From assembly GCA_965153355.1 (NCBI GenBank), contig OZ231126.1, positions 42,718,001-42,782,000 on the forward strand: a stretch of 64,000 nt of DNA, in the 5' to 3' direction. The notes under the pieces are model-generated. The model was not told the DNA's origin. It saw nothing but the letters and a program-made list of their open reading frames with translations, and did not search any database. Position numbers and translations under genes: made by a program. The stretch is from Flaccisagitta enflata (Eukaryota). This document shows, in pieces, positions 1 to 13,792 of the stretch. Position 1 is the first letter of the stretch; the number at the start of each line of letters is the position of its first letter.

Positions 1-95
1 CCCGAGTGTAAAACCGGAAGTTCGTTACGCGTGCGGAAGGGGCAACCACTCATGACCGAATTTCGAATTAATTTTGAACCAAATCGGACGAAATA

Positions 96-492
96 CACTT
101 TTTTTTAAAATAAGAGACAACTGGGTGTTCTTAAATTTTCATCCATTTTCAGCTTGAAATTCTCTTAAAGTGTTCTTAATTTCTTGGATGTATATTAATC
201 GTGTAAAAATACCTTATTTATAACAACTGTATCTTAAACTTGATAGTTATCATGTTTTTTTTAAATAATGCCTGATTTTATGGGCAAACTAAAAAAAACA
301 GTTTTTTTCAAAAGATAAAAGGCCTATATTTCTGAAAAATTAATTCTTTAGACAAGAAACTAAAAAAAAGTTCCTTTGAAATTGGCCAAAATTGAATGTT
401 AGCCTGGGCATTCTCTTATTTTGTTCCTAAAATTTTAGCAAATCTCAGGCTCATGTCTCTTATAAACTGGTCTCTTATAAAAGAAAAAAGTG
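96..492. mobile_element. TA-flanked MITE (CACTTTTTT...AAAAAAGTG family), copy 1
   Basis: Terminal inverted repeats CACTTTTTTT..TAAGAGA / TCTCTTA..AAAAAAGTG with TA on both sides; internal sequence resembles 25267-25742 in opposite orientation. Confidence 0.7.
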
Positions 493-1754
493 TATGGGAG
501 TGATGAAGAGCATTCTTAACTTTCAAATTCAAACTCAGTTCTAACTGTAGCAGAGAGCCTGAGAGAGGTCATCGCACATCACTACGCCCCACAACGAGAA
601 ATAGCACTTCATCAGTGATTGAATAAGTAACCTGGGGTTATAATATCGTTGCGGACGGGTGGGCAGGGGCGTACAACTCCCCAGTCCACACACACACACC
701 CTGAAATGTGCGTTTCTTCAATTTTTTACGCATGCGTTTCGGACCAACAGATGGACGGACAGACAAAGCCTCTTACAAAGTTGCGTGTCTCCTTTTAAAA
801 ACCCGGTTGCTCAACGAAGTTTCGCCATGTTACCAGGAATGCGGAAGCGGTTGACCGCTTCCAATGGCCCGACCGTTGGGTGGAATGGTTAGTATTTGAA
901 CTGCAAAATTGAATCAAAAGCGGCATGAAAATGGACCGCTTCCACGCCCTTGTTCAAAATAAATGCGATTTGAAAAGAAAATCTACTGTGCCGATTAATT
1001 GTTGCCAATCAGTATTTTTTTTGTCACGGACTCTATACGGTGCCGTGTCGGTCAGTCCATCGGCCTTTTTTGAGGGAATTTTTTGCCATTCGTAGGTGCG
1101 TCTGTGATATGTATGAGCATAACTGAGCATGTTTTCTTGTACTGCTCCTGCCTAACCGTCCGCGACGGTGTTGCGCTTGTTTGATCACCTCTCAATTGTA
1201 TTTGAATGTTCCCTAAAGGCCTAACTAGCTTTTTACAAAAACGTTTTCGTATAATCGGTATTCATTTGGAACTTGTCTTGCTACGTCGCTCTCGCAACAA
1301 TTTTATTTTCAAAGCTTTTTGAATACAAGTGGGAAGGGGGCCTTGCTTTTTATTCACATTAAAGTAACAGAATCGATTATAAGATTAACGACTGTTAAAA
1401 AGTAAAGGAAAAGCGATGAAATGTGAACTGAGTAGGATGACAAACAAGAATTAGTTGACCCCTTGGTCGACAATAAAAATGTAGAAGCAAGAGGTCGAGG
1501 CTTAGAAATGGCTGGCATTCCTTTCTTAAGTCGCGAATTAGCTCTGTCAGTCTGTCCGTCGGTCCGTGGGTCCATCAGAAATGGATAGACGGATGCATCG
1601 TTTGTCATTTTTTTAGCGGACAGTGATGACCAAAGGAAATAAAGGGGAATGAAATATTGCGAATAGCGAAAAAAAGCAACAAAGGGTCTAAACGAAACTA
1701 ACTGTGGTGAAGGGGATGGATGAAGTGAGGGGTTTGATGGAATGGGTGTGGGAC

Positions 1755-1755
<1 letters not shown>

Positions 1756-1824
<69 letters not shown>

Positions 1825-1832
1825 AGAGAGAG
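1756..1832. repeat. (GA)n microsatellite
   Basis: Dinucleotide run downstream of the SR gene stop codon. Confidence 0.95.
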
Positions 1833-1887
1833 ACTTATGGAGGAGACTTATGGAGACTTATGGAGACTTATGGAGACTTATGGAGAC

Positions 1888-2306
1888 TTATGGAGGAGAA
1901 GGAGAGCCGCGGCCACGTGGGGAGCGAGATCTGGACCTTGGAGACCTGGACCTAAATCGATCATATCTGCCCTTATTACTCGGAGAAGGACTTCTCCTTC
2001 GACCGCCACCTCCTCCTCCTCTGACGGGACTGCGTCTGGGACTTCCGCCTCTACGTCCCTCGTATTCATCGTATCGTCCGCCTCCTCCGTGTCTCGGTGG
2101 CGGGGAACGACGTCGATCGCCGCGGTCACCGCGGTCACCGCCGCCCCGGTCGCTGCCTCCGCGGTCGCCGCCGCCGCTGCGCCCGCCTTTACTGCGCCCG
2201 TGACTCATCTCCACCTTAACACGAGAACCGTTAATACGAACGCCATCTAAATGACGACAAGAATCTTCCGCGTCTCGAGGATCGTCAAACTCGACGAATG
2301 CAAAAC
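1888..2306 (-). CDS. SR splicing factor (SRSF3/Rbp1-like), coding exon 2: RRM C-half, Gly/Arg linker, RS domain, stop
   Basis: Acceptor TTCAG|GT; reads (G)[36 protein letters not shown] (RNP1), then [15 protein letters not shown] at 1888-1890. No Zn knuckle, so closer to SRSF3/Rbp1 than SRSF7. Confidence 0.93.
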
Positions 2307-2329
2307 CTGAAGAGAAAAATGTCATTGTT

Positions 2330-2527
2330 TTCATCATCATAATCATCATCACCATGATCATGATCATGATCATCATCACCATGATCATCATCATGATCAT
2401 CATCACCATGATCATGATCATCATCATCGATCATGATCATCATCATGATCATCAATGATAATTTGAAATCATGATCATCATCATGATCATCATCATCATC
2501 ATCATCATCATAATCATCATCATCATC
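2330..2527. repeat. Imperfect (ATC)n/(ATG)n microsatellite in SR gene intron
   Basis: Mixed CAT/GAT triplets seen directly. Confidence 0.9.
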
Positions 2528-2620
2528 GTTTTTTGTGAATTTTAGGGTTGATTTCTTAAAATCTAGATGGGCAGTACATGCGAGAAAAAAAAATAACAAC
2601 TTCCATCTAACTCTTCCTAC

Positions 2621-2765
2621 CTGGAGGTCTTTGAGCGACCCAAACGTTGCGCAGTTGACCAAACTTGCTGAAGGGCTCCTCGATATCCCGCTCGGTCGTG
2701 CCCGGGCGGAGGTCACCAATGTAAACCTTACACTCTGGCGCCCAATTTCCATGCCGAGCGGCCAT
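2621..2765 (-). CDS. SR splicing factor, coding exon 1 (RRM N-half)
   Basis: MAARHGNWAPECKVYIGDLRPGTTERDIEEPFSKFGQLRNVWVAQRPP-G (RNP2 KVYIGDL); donor CCAG|GTAGGA is phase 1 and matches exon 2; spliced CDS 564 nt = 187 aa. Confidence 0.93.
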
Positions 2766-3089
2766 CTTTCAGGGGGATGGGTGCAGCCTAGATAGTGCAT
2801 GAAAATGTTAGGACTTCTAAAAATTTAAAATGAAAAAAAAAAGTTGAGAGAATCAAAGCAACCTTGTGTTAAAATCTAGTTAAATCGTTTTGTACACTTG
2901 TGACATGTACGAACTCTGGTACTTCCCTAGTATAGAGTATCAAATTTCAATTATATTCCATTCTATTCCTGCACAGATGAAAGGAAAATGAGTTGATACA
3001 AAGAAAACCGTCCTCAGGAAAGGAAAAGAAAGTTGACAGGCGGGGAGTTCTAAAACTGATTGTGACGAATTCGGCCTAGTGCAATTGTG

Positions 3090-3497
3090 CATACAAACGA
3101 AAGTAAAATACAAGAAGTTAACCCCCCAAAAATTGTAGCAACCCCCCTAAAGCCGCATCCACTGAATGAAAAAACGCATAAAAGATGAGGAATAGAAGCT
3201 TATGTCAATACTATGAGCCTCATCAAAGTGATTTTTGAATTTCATTTTCCCAAACAAGTTAGTTTAAAAATTAACTTTTTTTTAATTATACAAAAATACA
3301 ACATTTTATAGTTTTTTTTAGTTTTAACTTTTTACTGGGAATGAAATTCCAAAATTGCTCTGATGAGGCTAATTATATTGATATAAGCTTCAATCCGTAA
3401 TATAATATGTCTTTCTTCATTCTACAGTTAAAACTGTAGGGGGGGGGGTGTTTTGTTTTTTGGGGGTTAACTTCTTGTATTTCATTTTCGTCTGTAG
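3090..3497. mobile_element. Foldback MITE (~400 bp imperfect palindrome)
   Basis: AAATACAAGAAGTTAACCCCC is mirrored by GGGGGTTAACTTCTTGTATTT, with further mirrored internal segments; exact ends uncertain. Confidence 0.65.
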
Positions 3498-4915
3498 TGT
3501 GTCAGTGTGATCTTGTGATTTTGTGCGATTGTAAAGACCATTTTAGATCAACGACCAAAATAGGACATATTCAACTCGACAAAAACCGGAAATGAAAGAT
3601 GAAAAGATGTAAGTCGTGTGAAACAACAAGGGTCCTCTTGGTCAAACATGAGGGACATGAGCGATACGATTATCTCCGAATTTTGGGTAATCTGATTGCC
3701 AAAATGGAACAAAAAGTAACGACAGTGAAAAGAAAGATCCCGGAAATGCACACGTTTTTTGAATTTTGTGCGAAAACGCGAGAAGACTGACGGCGCATTC
3801 GGCACCCATTACATAAGCGCATGCCTCCTGAGAGTCCTAAGACACTTTCTCCTCGTCATAACAACTTCTAAGCACAGTTCCTTTATCTGTATAAACGGCT
3901 TCATGATTTTGCTTGCGTGCATACAATTGCATCCCGCTATGACGCTCACTCCGTTCGTATCGACATAACCAATCACATATTCGCGTATTTCAGGGTTATT
4001 TTGCATTACTGCCCCAGCCCATATGCCTTTCTGGTCTCGGGTACCACCGCCCAGGCGCCCACTATACCGAGTTTTGCCGTAAAAGCGGTTTAGCATTGTA
4101 TCTTGGCAAACCACAATTGCACTCAGGTTAAGATGGCTTTTTAATAACAGAATTCAAAGAGGAACACGGAAAGGAAAGGAAAAAAAAGCGGATTAAAGAC
4201 AAGTGGTGCTGTTATTTGTAATTGTTTGGTCTTGTCATTTGGACTCATTTGGTAGTGTCCAGTGATCAAACTCAATTTTGTAGTCATATGACTCATATTG
4301 TTGTCAGATGGCGGAAGGGAGTAGAAGGAGCTAGGATGTCAGATTGGTGGTAGAGTTGATGGGCCTCTTGAGCTAAGATGGTTGGGTCGTTAAGCAGAGC
4401 TGGTTGGGATGGTGTTTAGAGCTGATTGGGATGGTGGGAAGATGATGGGTAGAGCAGGTTGGGATGGTTGACTAAAATTGTTGGCTGGGACGAAACTACG
4501 TAACACGCGGCCGATGAAACTTAGGCAGAACTTTGGAGGTAGAGGGGCGCTGACGAGAAGGGATGACTGTGCTGAGCTGAGATGCCAGTAGAAGGCGGGT
4601 GGAAGAATAAATCAAGTTAGCTGATGAACGCATTCATGACACTGCTTAATGTTGGCTGAACTGAAACCATGTTGGCTGAATGATGAACAGAAGGCAGACT
4701 TTGATGGACTGAATAGAATCAAAAAAACGAAAACGTAATTAGAATCTGCTTAAAACAATGCCAATGGCAACACCTTTGTAAATAACAAAATGGAGGTATG
4801 ACGAGTACATTCATGAGCAGTGTACACACGGATCGGTGCAATTCAGACTTTTACTGAAAACCTTTGGATTTTTTCCTCGGTTCATGATGCTTGGCCGCTT
4901 ACCAATGGACCGACC

Positions 4916-5396
4916 CAGGGGCCTGAAGAGGCCTATACACCCTATACAAATTATAGGGGCCCGGGGCTAGGGGGGCCCGGAGGGCCCCCTTCAATTGTTA
5001 TAGAATTTAGAAGGAAAGGAAAGGGAAAAGGGAGAAAAGAAAAAGGGGAAAAAAAAAGAACAAAAAAAAAAAAGAAAAAAACAGAAAAAAAGGTTTGGCT
5101 CCATTGTAAACCAAGGCCCCTGAGGGAATGGTTTGCAAAACCAGGCTCTTAGCTAATAATACAAATGATGAAAACTCTTTTTAAAATACTAAAACTTTTT
5201 TTCTATTTTTGTTACAGATCAAAATACTAAGTTAAAGACTTGGATCTTCTTCTCCAAATAGAATGTAAAGACTTAAAAATAATATGTAAAAAAACTACAT
5301 GTGCTATCATTTTGGCCAGCAGTTATGCCAAAACTAAGGGGGGGGGGCCGGATTTTTGGATTGTATAGGGGCCCGAAATTTCTTTGCTGGCCCCTG
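4916..5396. mobile_element. hAT-type MITE
   Basis: TIR CAGGGGCC/GGCCCCTG; perfect 8-bp TSD GACCGACC at 4908-4915 and 5397-5404. Confidence 0.85.
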
Positions 5397-5470
5397 GACC
5401 GACCACACACGTTGTTTGGCTTCATAAAATAACGTAAGTTTAAAAATGAACGAAACACTAATGTACTTAC

Positions 5471-5812
5471 CCTAGAGGCGAAGAACAGACGCCAAAGAAT
5501 GCAATATTTCTGCTTTGTCAATAATCAACGGCTGGGTTAAAGATGGTCCGGGTAAAGACAGCGATTTATACTTGGGGAAAAAGCATCAAAAACCCAAAAG
5601 AGACAACGAATTTTGTGGATTTGTGGGGAGAGCAGGTCAGCAGGAGCAGCTCACTGCGCATGTGCATCTGCGGCTTCGCCGAGCCTTCTGCCGCTGCTGC
5701 AGCCGCCTTGTCGCGCTCAAAAAGACTCCGAACCGGCCCATCCATATTCCATTGTTAAAAGAAGTAAACTGAGTAAACGCAGAATGCACGAATTCGCGGC
5801 GATGCCAATGAG
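5471..5812. promoter_or_regulatory. Putative bidirectional promoter / first-exon region
   Basis: Consensus - strand donor (TAGG|GTAAGT at 5470) and + strand donor (ATGAG|GTGAGT at 5813) face away from a short non-repetitive, CpG-richer segment. Confidence 0.45.
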
Positions 5813-5957
5813 GTGAGTGAAGTGGCTGAGGAGGTGACTGCTGCCCGTGTCTCCAGCGCTTGCAAGCTTGGACGAATTCTTCTCCAGTTCAAAGATTGTT
5901 AATGATTCTTCGATTTTAAGTGAGGTTCTAATGCGATGATTGGTCTCTTTCCTCCCT

Positions 5958-6017
<60 letters not shown>

Positions 6018-6779
6018 AACGATTTCTAAGAACGATTTAAAGACAGACAGACCATGGAGAAAGAGGGTCCGTCGGTCGGTCGGTCGGTCGGTCTCTTTCT
6101 TAGAACGATTTCTTAGAACGATTCACAGACAGACCGAGGGAGAGAGACAGACAGACCATGGAGAAAGAGGGTCAGTCGGTCGTTCGGTCTGTCGGTGGGT
6201 CTGTTACACCTGTGCAAAAAACGCATTTCTCGACACTTTTCGACCGTGGCAGGATCTCAGACCGGATCAAGCGATGATAGACGTGTTCTGAGAAGCTCAT
6301 TCCCTCCTTCCTTACTTAAGGAGAGTTTTCCAGTCCGTCCATCTCTCCCCCCCCCTGCATTATTTCACTTACCCAGCACGCAGTTCACTAATACGCAATG
6401 ACACAGTCAGGATGTATCGTTGCCCAATCGGGCTTATTAATAGATGCGTCCGAGAACAAATCATTCTAAGAGGGTCTGTCCGTACGTCCGTCCGGCCGTC
6501 CGTTCATTCATCAGTCGGTATGTATGTATGAAAGTTGAAACAACATTCCCTTACAAAAGGAGGCCAGAATTCTCCAATTTACAAAGGATGAAAGCCTTGC
6601 AAGCTTTCAATGGTGTTTACTCCGGATTGCTCACAACTATCCCTTACCAAAGACAAACAAAAAAGATGCTTACCTGACAAAACTATCAGCTTGACTGCAT
6701 ACCTCATTAGTATAGGGTTGGACAGACCTATACCATTTAGTATACACAAAATATCTTACAAAAGTAACAATCATAAGTA

Positions 6780-7112
6780 CAGTGCGATGGGAGCAATGAC
6801 GACCTAAACTGGAGGATAAAATTTAGATACTTTAATTTTGTTTGTATCCTAAAATATTTGAAATCTAAGGTAATTAAAGGTTGCTTTATTAAATGAAAAT
6901 GTTTGCATCTTTCAAACTTCAACTTGCAACTTGACCTCATCAAGACTTCATTTTTCAAAGTTCTAACCTATCTCAATAGATCAGGTGAAAAATTTTATAT
7001 GGTTTTGAAAAAAAAAATCAGCTCAATCGGTCTATTCTTACAGGTTTTATAGCTATTTTAAGTTTTGCACAAAAATTAATTAACCTTGTGGGCATAAGAA
7101 ATGGCGGATTTT
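6780..7112 (+). mobile_element. Left arm of long-TIR, TA-flanked DNA element (pairs with 13460-13792)
   Basis: TA|CAGTGCGATGGGAGCAATGACGACCTAAACTGGAGG is the near reverse complement of the end at 13792. Confidence 0.7.
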
Positions 7113-8022
7113 AGAAAACTAGTTTTATCTACCTTAAATTGAGAAAAACTATAAAAAATTGGTGACCACTTTGAAGCTCTGCAAAAGATCTTTCAAATGA
7201 GACGTTGCTGGATGTCCTAACTTTATCCGTTTAGAAATGGCATGGGGATGAACACAGGTTATCATGAATTTGAGAATTCACTACAGGATTTGCAACTTTT
7301 CTGTTTGTTGTGACATAGAAACTAAACGCATTGAATAAAAAATTCGTTCTTGGCGCTATCTTGAAGAAAATTCAAAACTCTTTAATTTGCTCATGGATAT
7401 CAAGTAGCTGTGACAATTCTAAATTGCATTATTAAGAAAAACGTTTGAGACAAAAATTGCTAATGGATTAAAAGGACAATATTTGCCCTTTTTCAATTGG
7501 TGATATTTTTCTAAACAAATAAAGCTGCGGATACCCGACACGACTCAAATGAAAGACCTTTCAAAGGGCTTTACAGTAGCGTGGTCACTATTTGACCTTT
7601 TCATCTTGGTCTTTACGGCATGAACATGGGCCATCCACTACTTCCAAGTAGCATTTCTCTCAAAGGTTTTCTCTTTTTAAGCATCTAAAAACCCTGCGGA
7701 GTAAGATATGCAGATGAAGGTGGAGGTGTTTTTTGTTTTGTTTTGTTTATTTTTGTTCTTTTTTTTTTGCAAGCTTGTAGGTTATGCTTATCCGTTTGTA
7801 CGCTTGTGCAAAAAGCCGGCAAGGGTAAAACATCATGAAATGCATTCTAATCAAATTGATAGGATCAGTAATATAGGCTCGGTACAAGTTACTACAGTCT
7901 TTACTAAACCAGAACCCCCCTTCTCCCAATAAAAGGTGATATAAATTTTTTTGGGGTTGCAATGTAGTGTTGTCAAAGTCATGAAGGAATGGCATCTTTA
8001 TTTCATTTGTTTTTTTTGATGA

Positions 8023-8097
<75 letters not shown>

Positions 8098-8112
8098 CCT
8101 TCCCCCTTCCCT

Positions 8113-8197
<85 letters not shown>

Positions 8198-8375
8198 CAT
8201 TTATCCAGACCGCCTGGTCAGGTTCGTTAAATTTACCATGTTTCCAAACCAAAAATGTGACCACAGAAAATGATAAGACATAGAAAATGGTAGTTTAATC
8301 AATGTTATGCTGACCGCCAATACTTAAGAGCTCAATATTGATATTTGGCATAACAAAACCGTAGCTTACCACCTA

Positions 8376-8977
8376 CAGTGGGGTTTGTGGAATAACAGCC
8401 TAAACTGGAGGAAGGTATTTAAGTGTCTTAATTTCATTTGACAAACTTGATACTTGAAATATAAGTTGTTCACTTGATGCTTTTGTCCCTGAGTTTTTTG
8501 GTTGCTATGGAAACCGAAATTATTTTTTTGATCATTCATAAGAACTAGAATATCAATATTTTGACAAATATTATCAGGGAACATTGCTCAGAATTAAATT
8601 TGCTACAACTTTTCCACAGTATGTCCTGTAAGAATATTGCTAGTTTAGCCATTGCTAGGGAGCATCATTTAGCGGTTGCTAGGTGTGATGCCCCCTAGCA
8701 ACGGCCAAACGAGCAATATTCTTACAGAACATACTGTGGGAAAGTTGTAGTAAATCTAATTTTGAGCAATGTTCCCTGACAATATTTCTCCATATATTGA
8801 TATTTTAGTAGTTATAAATGTTTGAAAAAATGATTTTGGTTTCCATAGCAACCAAAAAACTTAGGGACAAAAGCATTGAGTGAACAACCTATATTTCAAA
8901 TATCAAGTTTGTAAAATGAAATTAAGACACTCAAATACCTTCCTCCAGTTAAGGCTGTCATTCCATGAACCCTACTG
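8376..8977. mobile_element. Foldback MITE with TA TSD (Tc1/mariner/pogo-like ends CAGT...ACTG)
   Basis: Whole ~600 bp is an imperfect palindrome centred near 8680; TA on both sides. Confidence 0.85.
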
Positions 8978-9139
8978 TATATACACTGAAAATATGAAGA
9001 CTTTTCTCCCAATAGATTTCAAGTTATAAAGGTTTCCGATTTGAAGACCCTGTATGTCTATGAAGCTACCTTAGTAAAGTTCTACATGTATGCATCCGAG
9101 TTCATGAGTCCCAGAGCGCGTGTGTGTGTACTTCCGATC

Positions 9140-9548
<409 letters not shown>

Positions 9549-9740
9549 GCACCCAAAGTGCACATTTTCACATCTTTCAACTTGACCTTCATAAACTAAC
9601 GAACTAACTGACGGATGGAGGGGCCAACAGATTCATGTCCAAAACTAATCCCAGGTTTGCAATTTTACAACTTTAAAGATAACAAACAAACCAAGCTACA
9701 TTTTAATTCTTATAAAGGCAGTTTTTACCCATGGTGTCCC

Positions 9741-10235
9741 TTTTTGGGCAGCGGCCCCAAAGGGCCGATGTCCTGTAGAACACAGGGGGAATTTCCAGAC
9801 GTCATTCCTTCCATCCTTTTGTCCTTCCATCCATTTCCCCCCCCCCTATTAAGCATCAAGACCTCAAATTAGCCGTCCTAAGCCTCGAATTAGCCCTCCA
9901 GGCTTCAAATTAGCCCCCCATACCTCAAATCTGCCCTAAAGACCTCAAATCTGCCGTCCAGACCTTCAATCAGCTCTCCAAGCATCAAATTAGCCCTCCT
10001 TGCCTCAAATTTGCCCTCCAAACCTCAAAACTGCTCTCCCAGCCTAAATTCTGCCCTCCAGCCCTCCAATATGCCTTCAGTGGCGTAAATCAGTAATCTA
10101 AGGCCTGAAATGTACCCCCTCAGGACGTCTGGAAATTCCCTCCTGTGTTCTGCGGCCGCTACCCTGCTGTCGCTCCACTTCTCAACTGGATCACTCAGAG
10201 CAGGGCGTCAGTTACCCCTGACCATGTGCAATCCT
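9741..10235 (+). mobile_element. Interspersed repeat family 'TTTTGGGCAGCGGCCCC...GTCCTGTAGAACACAGG' with internal ~21-22 bp minisatellite
   Basis: Same start at 27416; related 3' part at 43820-43935; internal CCTCAAAT(T/C)TGCCCTCC repeats. Confidence 0.6.
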
Positions 10236-10353
10236 AGTTTGATACGTCCTTGCATCTTTTTAAGAGGCTTTGTCCATCTAACCGTCCATCCATTGGTCCA
10301 TTGCATTTTGTTTTGTTTTTGTAAAATCAAGAAAGATCGAGCATGATCGGGTA

Positions 10354-10388
<35 letters not shown>

Positions 10389-10495
10389 CTTTTTTTTCCG
10401 ACGGGAAAGGCAATGTTGACAAAAATGACAAAGATGACAAAGATAACGTCGACGACCAAGACTCAGACACAGACACACACACAGACACACACACA

Positions 10496-10554
<59 letters not shown>

Positions 10555-10564
10555 ACACACATAC

Positions 10565-10698
<134 letters not shown>

Positions 10699-11703
10699 TT
10701 AACAAGCTTAGCGGCAGAAAGAAAAGAAAGAGGACACATCGAAAGGATTTTTTGGCTTCTTTGTTTGTTTCTTGTCCCAAAATTGCAAAAAAATTTCTGA
10801 AAAACGTTTTTAATTTTACTTACTGTTTGTTGGCTCTGTTTGTACGCCAAGAAGACTCAGTTACGCAACTCTTCACCCTGCTTTTTGTCCATCCATCCGT
10901 TGGTTGATTTGTTGGTCAGTTGGTCAGTCGGTTCCATTTTTTTTCCTCTATCTTTTATTTTTTGGCCTCACTGCTTCTGCCCAAATGCTCTAGTGACCTC
11001 GATAACCACACCTGCCAACCCTCATGCGCCTGTGTAGGAGTGTGAAACAGGCAAAAAATCCAAACTTATTTATTTTAAGTGGCAGAAACGCGACTCTACA
11101 CCTTGCCGTGTGGTTTGGTAGGTCGTTACATCGGTTGGTCCGTCACATTTTTGTATTGCGAGCAGTTTTTGCATTACTACTCCTGCCTATAGTGTTTTTA
11201 GTTGCGGACTAGCATCTCTAAAGGAGGATTCGTCTGTTGGTCCATTTGTTAGTCCGTCCGTAATTATTCAGTCAAAAAGTAGAAAAATGATCGCTCTAGA
11301 TTTGTGCGTGGGGGTTTGGGTTTGAGTGTGGATTGGGGTTGGACGCCCCTGCCCACCCTTGTGTGGAGATATAGTGAATGCACTTTACATCATGAAATGT
11401 GCTCACATGGTTCAAGGTCCGTAGCTCAATTTGGCTAGGAAGTACAAAAGCACAATGTTGTGAGGGTTTTCACCATTTTCCTGAAAATGATATCAACTTT
11501 GGAAGACTGTTGCTCCTAAACGAATCAAGCCACAAATCTCAACTTGGGCTCATTTTAAAGAGCTGTATCTGCTTTTTAAAATGAGCCCAAGTTGAGGTCA
11601 TTTTGTCAATTTGTTAAGGAAATGTGAGCCGTTGAAGATTCCTCTTGAACAAGTAACCCGGGGTTACAACGATGCGTCCACATGCTGGTTAGCTTGTAAA
11701 TGA

Positions 11704-11747
<44 letters not shown>

Positions 11748-12083
11748 AACATTGCATCAGCCCAGTGTCAGAAAATAAAATGATGAAATCGACTTTGGGA
11801 TCGTTTGCGATCGTTTTCAACTCGAGCGTGACGGACCGACCGACCGACCAACGGACCAACCAACCAACCAACGGACGGACAAAGCCTCTTATAGAGATGC
11901 GTGGACGCATCTAAAAAAAGGAACAAATCTAGGCAATTACCACTTTTACCCCTTCTCCTCATCCTACTCCGCATCGTTTGAATCGGACAGACGAGTCGTC
12001 AAACTTGGGAAATACACTCAGTAATAGTGATGTGATACCCCCTTAAATGCCGTATTGAGCAAGGTAATCGAGTCATGTATGAC

Positions 12084-12287
12084 CAAGCCCGGGCAATTTT
12101 GCATTTTCTATAACAATACAATACACTATACAATTTTTGAAAGTATTGGGCCAATACAATACAATACCAATACAATACAATACCTTGAAAAATTATACCC
12201 AATATATAACAATACTTTTATTCATTTAATTTAAGATTTTTTTTGTATCTTGAATAAATAGATAGTTTTTGTAGTTGGTCTGTATGT

Positions 12288-12318
<31 letters not shown>

Positions 12319-13383
12319 AGTGTGTGTGTGTGTTTGTGTGTGTTTGTTTCTGTTTGTCTGTCTCTCTTTAGTTTCTTTTTTTCTGTTTCTCTCTCTCTCT
12401 GTCTGTCTCTCTCTCTCTCTCTCTTTCTCTTTCTCTCTCTCTCTTTTTTTTCTTCTCTCCCTTGAGTGTACTGACCCAGGATTAGATCTGAGGGATTACA
12501 TCGAAGGGAAAATCAATTTATGACGGCAAAATTTTGAAGGAAAACTAAGCGTTTCACCATACTTGTTGCATCAGTATTAGGATAATGATGATACTAAAAT
12601 GCTTTTAGAAGACAAATTGTCTCTAAAGACACTTGATGTGTACATTTTTACCATATTCTGACCTTGAAAGTAATTTTAACCATGCCATTCACTTGATAAT
12701 AGACAAGAAAATAAAGGTTTTTTGTAAAATCTTATTATTATTTTTTCATTCTTGCCTGTGGTTGAAATTATATTACGCTCTAATGAAGGGAAATTTTGCA
12801 TTTTCAATAACATAGTTCTCTCTGTAAATGATTTTAAAGGAGAACTATGTTTTTCATTTTTTCATTTTTTATTTTCTATGCAAATTTATAATTTCATCTT
12901 TATTAGGTTCTTTTTCGTTGTTAAGTGCAAAGCATGCAAAAAAATATCTATTGTAACTTATTTCAATGATTATTTTAGTACAATCATTCAGTTTTACACA
13001 TTTTCATTTTTTAATTTTGACCCCCGATGAAACACAAATGTTGCCTTCGAAAGACCACTGTCTTATCCTTATCCTCCTCATCCTCCTAGCTTTATCCTCT
13101 TCTTCTTCACCACTTCTTATTCACCATTTTTTCATCTGCACTTCCTGAAAAATCAATCACTCCTCATCCTCCTCATCCATCCAACTTTATCCTCTTCTTC
13201 CTCACCATACTTATGTTTGTCTTTCCCTACTTTTATTTTTCACCAGTAAACTTGACCTTTTTTCATCCATTTTTTTGTATTGTATTGGGAAAATAACAAT
13301 ACTCATAGTGAGTATTGGGTAGACCCAATACTAACAAGTATTGTAAAGACAATACAATACCCAATACGAATCGCCCGGCCTTG
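12084..13383. mobile_element. Non-autonomous hAT-type element (1.3 kb)
   Basis: TIR CAAGCCCGGGC / GCCCGGCCTTG (one mismatch), subterminal CAATA repeats, perfect 8-bp TSD TGTATGAC (12076-12083, 13384-13391). Confidence 0.88.
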
Positions 13384-13459
13384 TGTATGACCACTCTACT
13401 TTACAGGCATCACCAATTTCAATCCAATTTTCTTATATTATGGCTCAAAAGAAAGGTTT

Positions 13460-13792
13460 GAAAATCCGCCATTTTTTTTGCCCCCAAGGTTAGCATAACT
13501 TTTGTTTATTAAACATAGCCATAAAACCTGTAAAAATAGTCCGATTGAGCTGATTTTTTTTTCTCAAAATTATATAAATTTTTTCGCCCAATCTAATGAA
13601 ATTGGTTAGAACCTTTAAAAATGAAGTCTTGGTGAGGTCAAGTCACAAAGTGAGGTTTGAGAGACGCAAATGCATTCACTCAATAGAGCAATCTTCAATT
13701 AGCCCAGATCTCAAATATTTCATAATATAAATGAAATTACGATATCTAAAATCTATCCTCCAGTCTAGGTCGTCATTGCTCCCATCGTACTG
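13460..13792 (-). mobile_element. Right arm of long-TIR, TA-flanked DNA element (pairs with 6780-7112)
   Basis: ...CCTCCAGTCTAGGTCGTCATTGCTCCCATCGTACTG|TA; about 330 bp of inverted similarity. Confidence 0.7.

Noticed and set aside
1756-2250. + strand ORFs over the SR exon
   Set aside because: Antisense shadows of the GC-rich RS-domain exon.
2307-2427. Met/Ile-rich N-terminus of ORF 1888..2427
   Set aside because: Intronic microsatellite upstream of the true acceptor at 2307.
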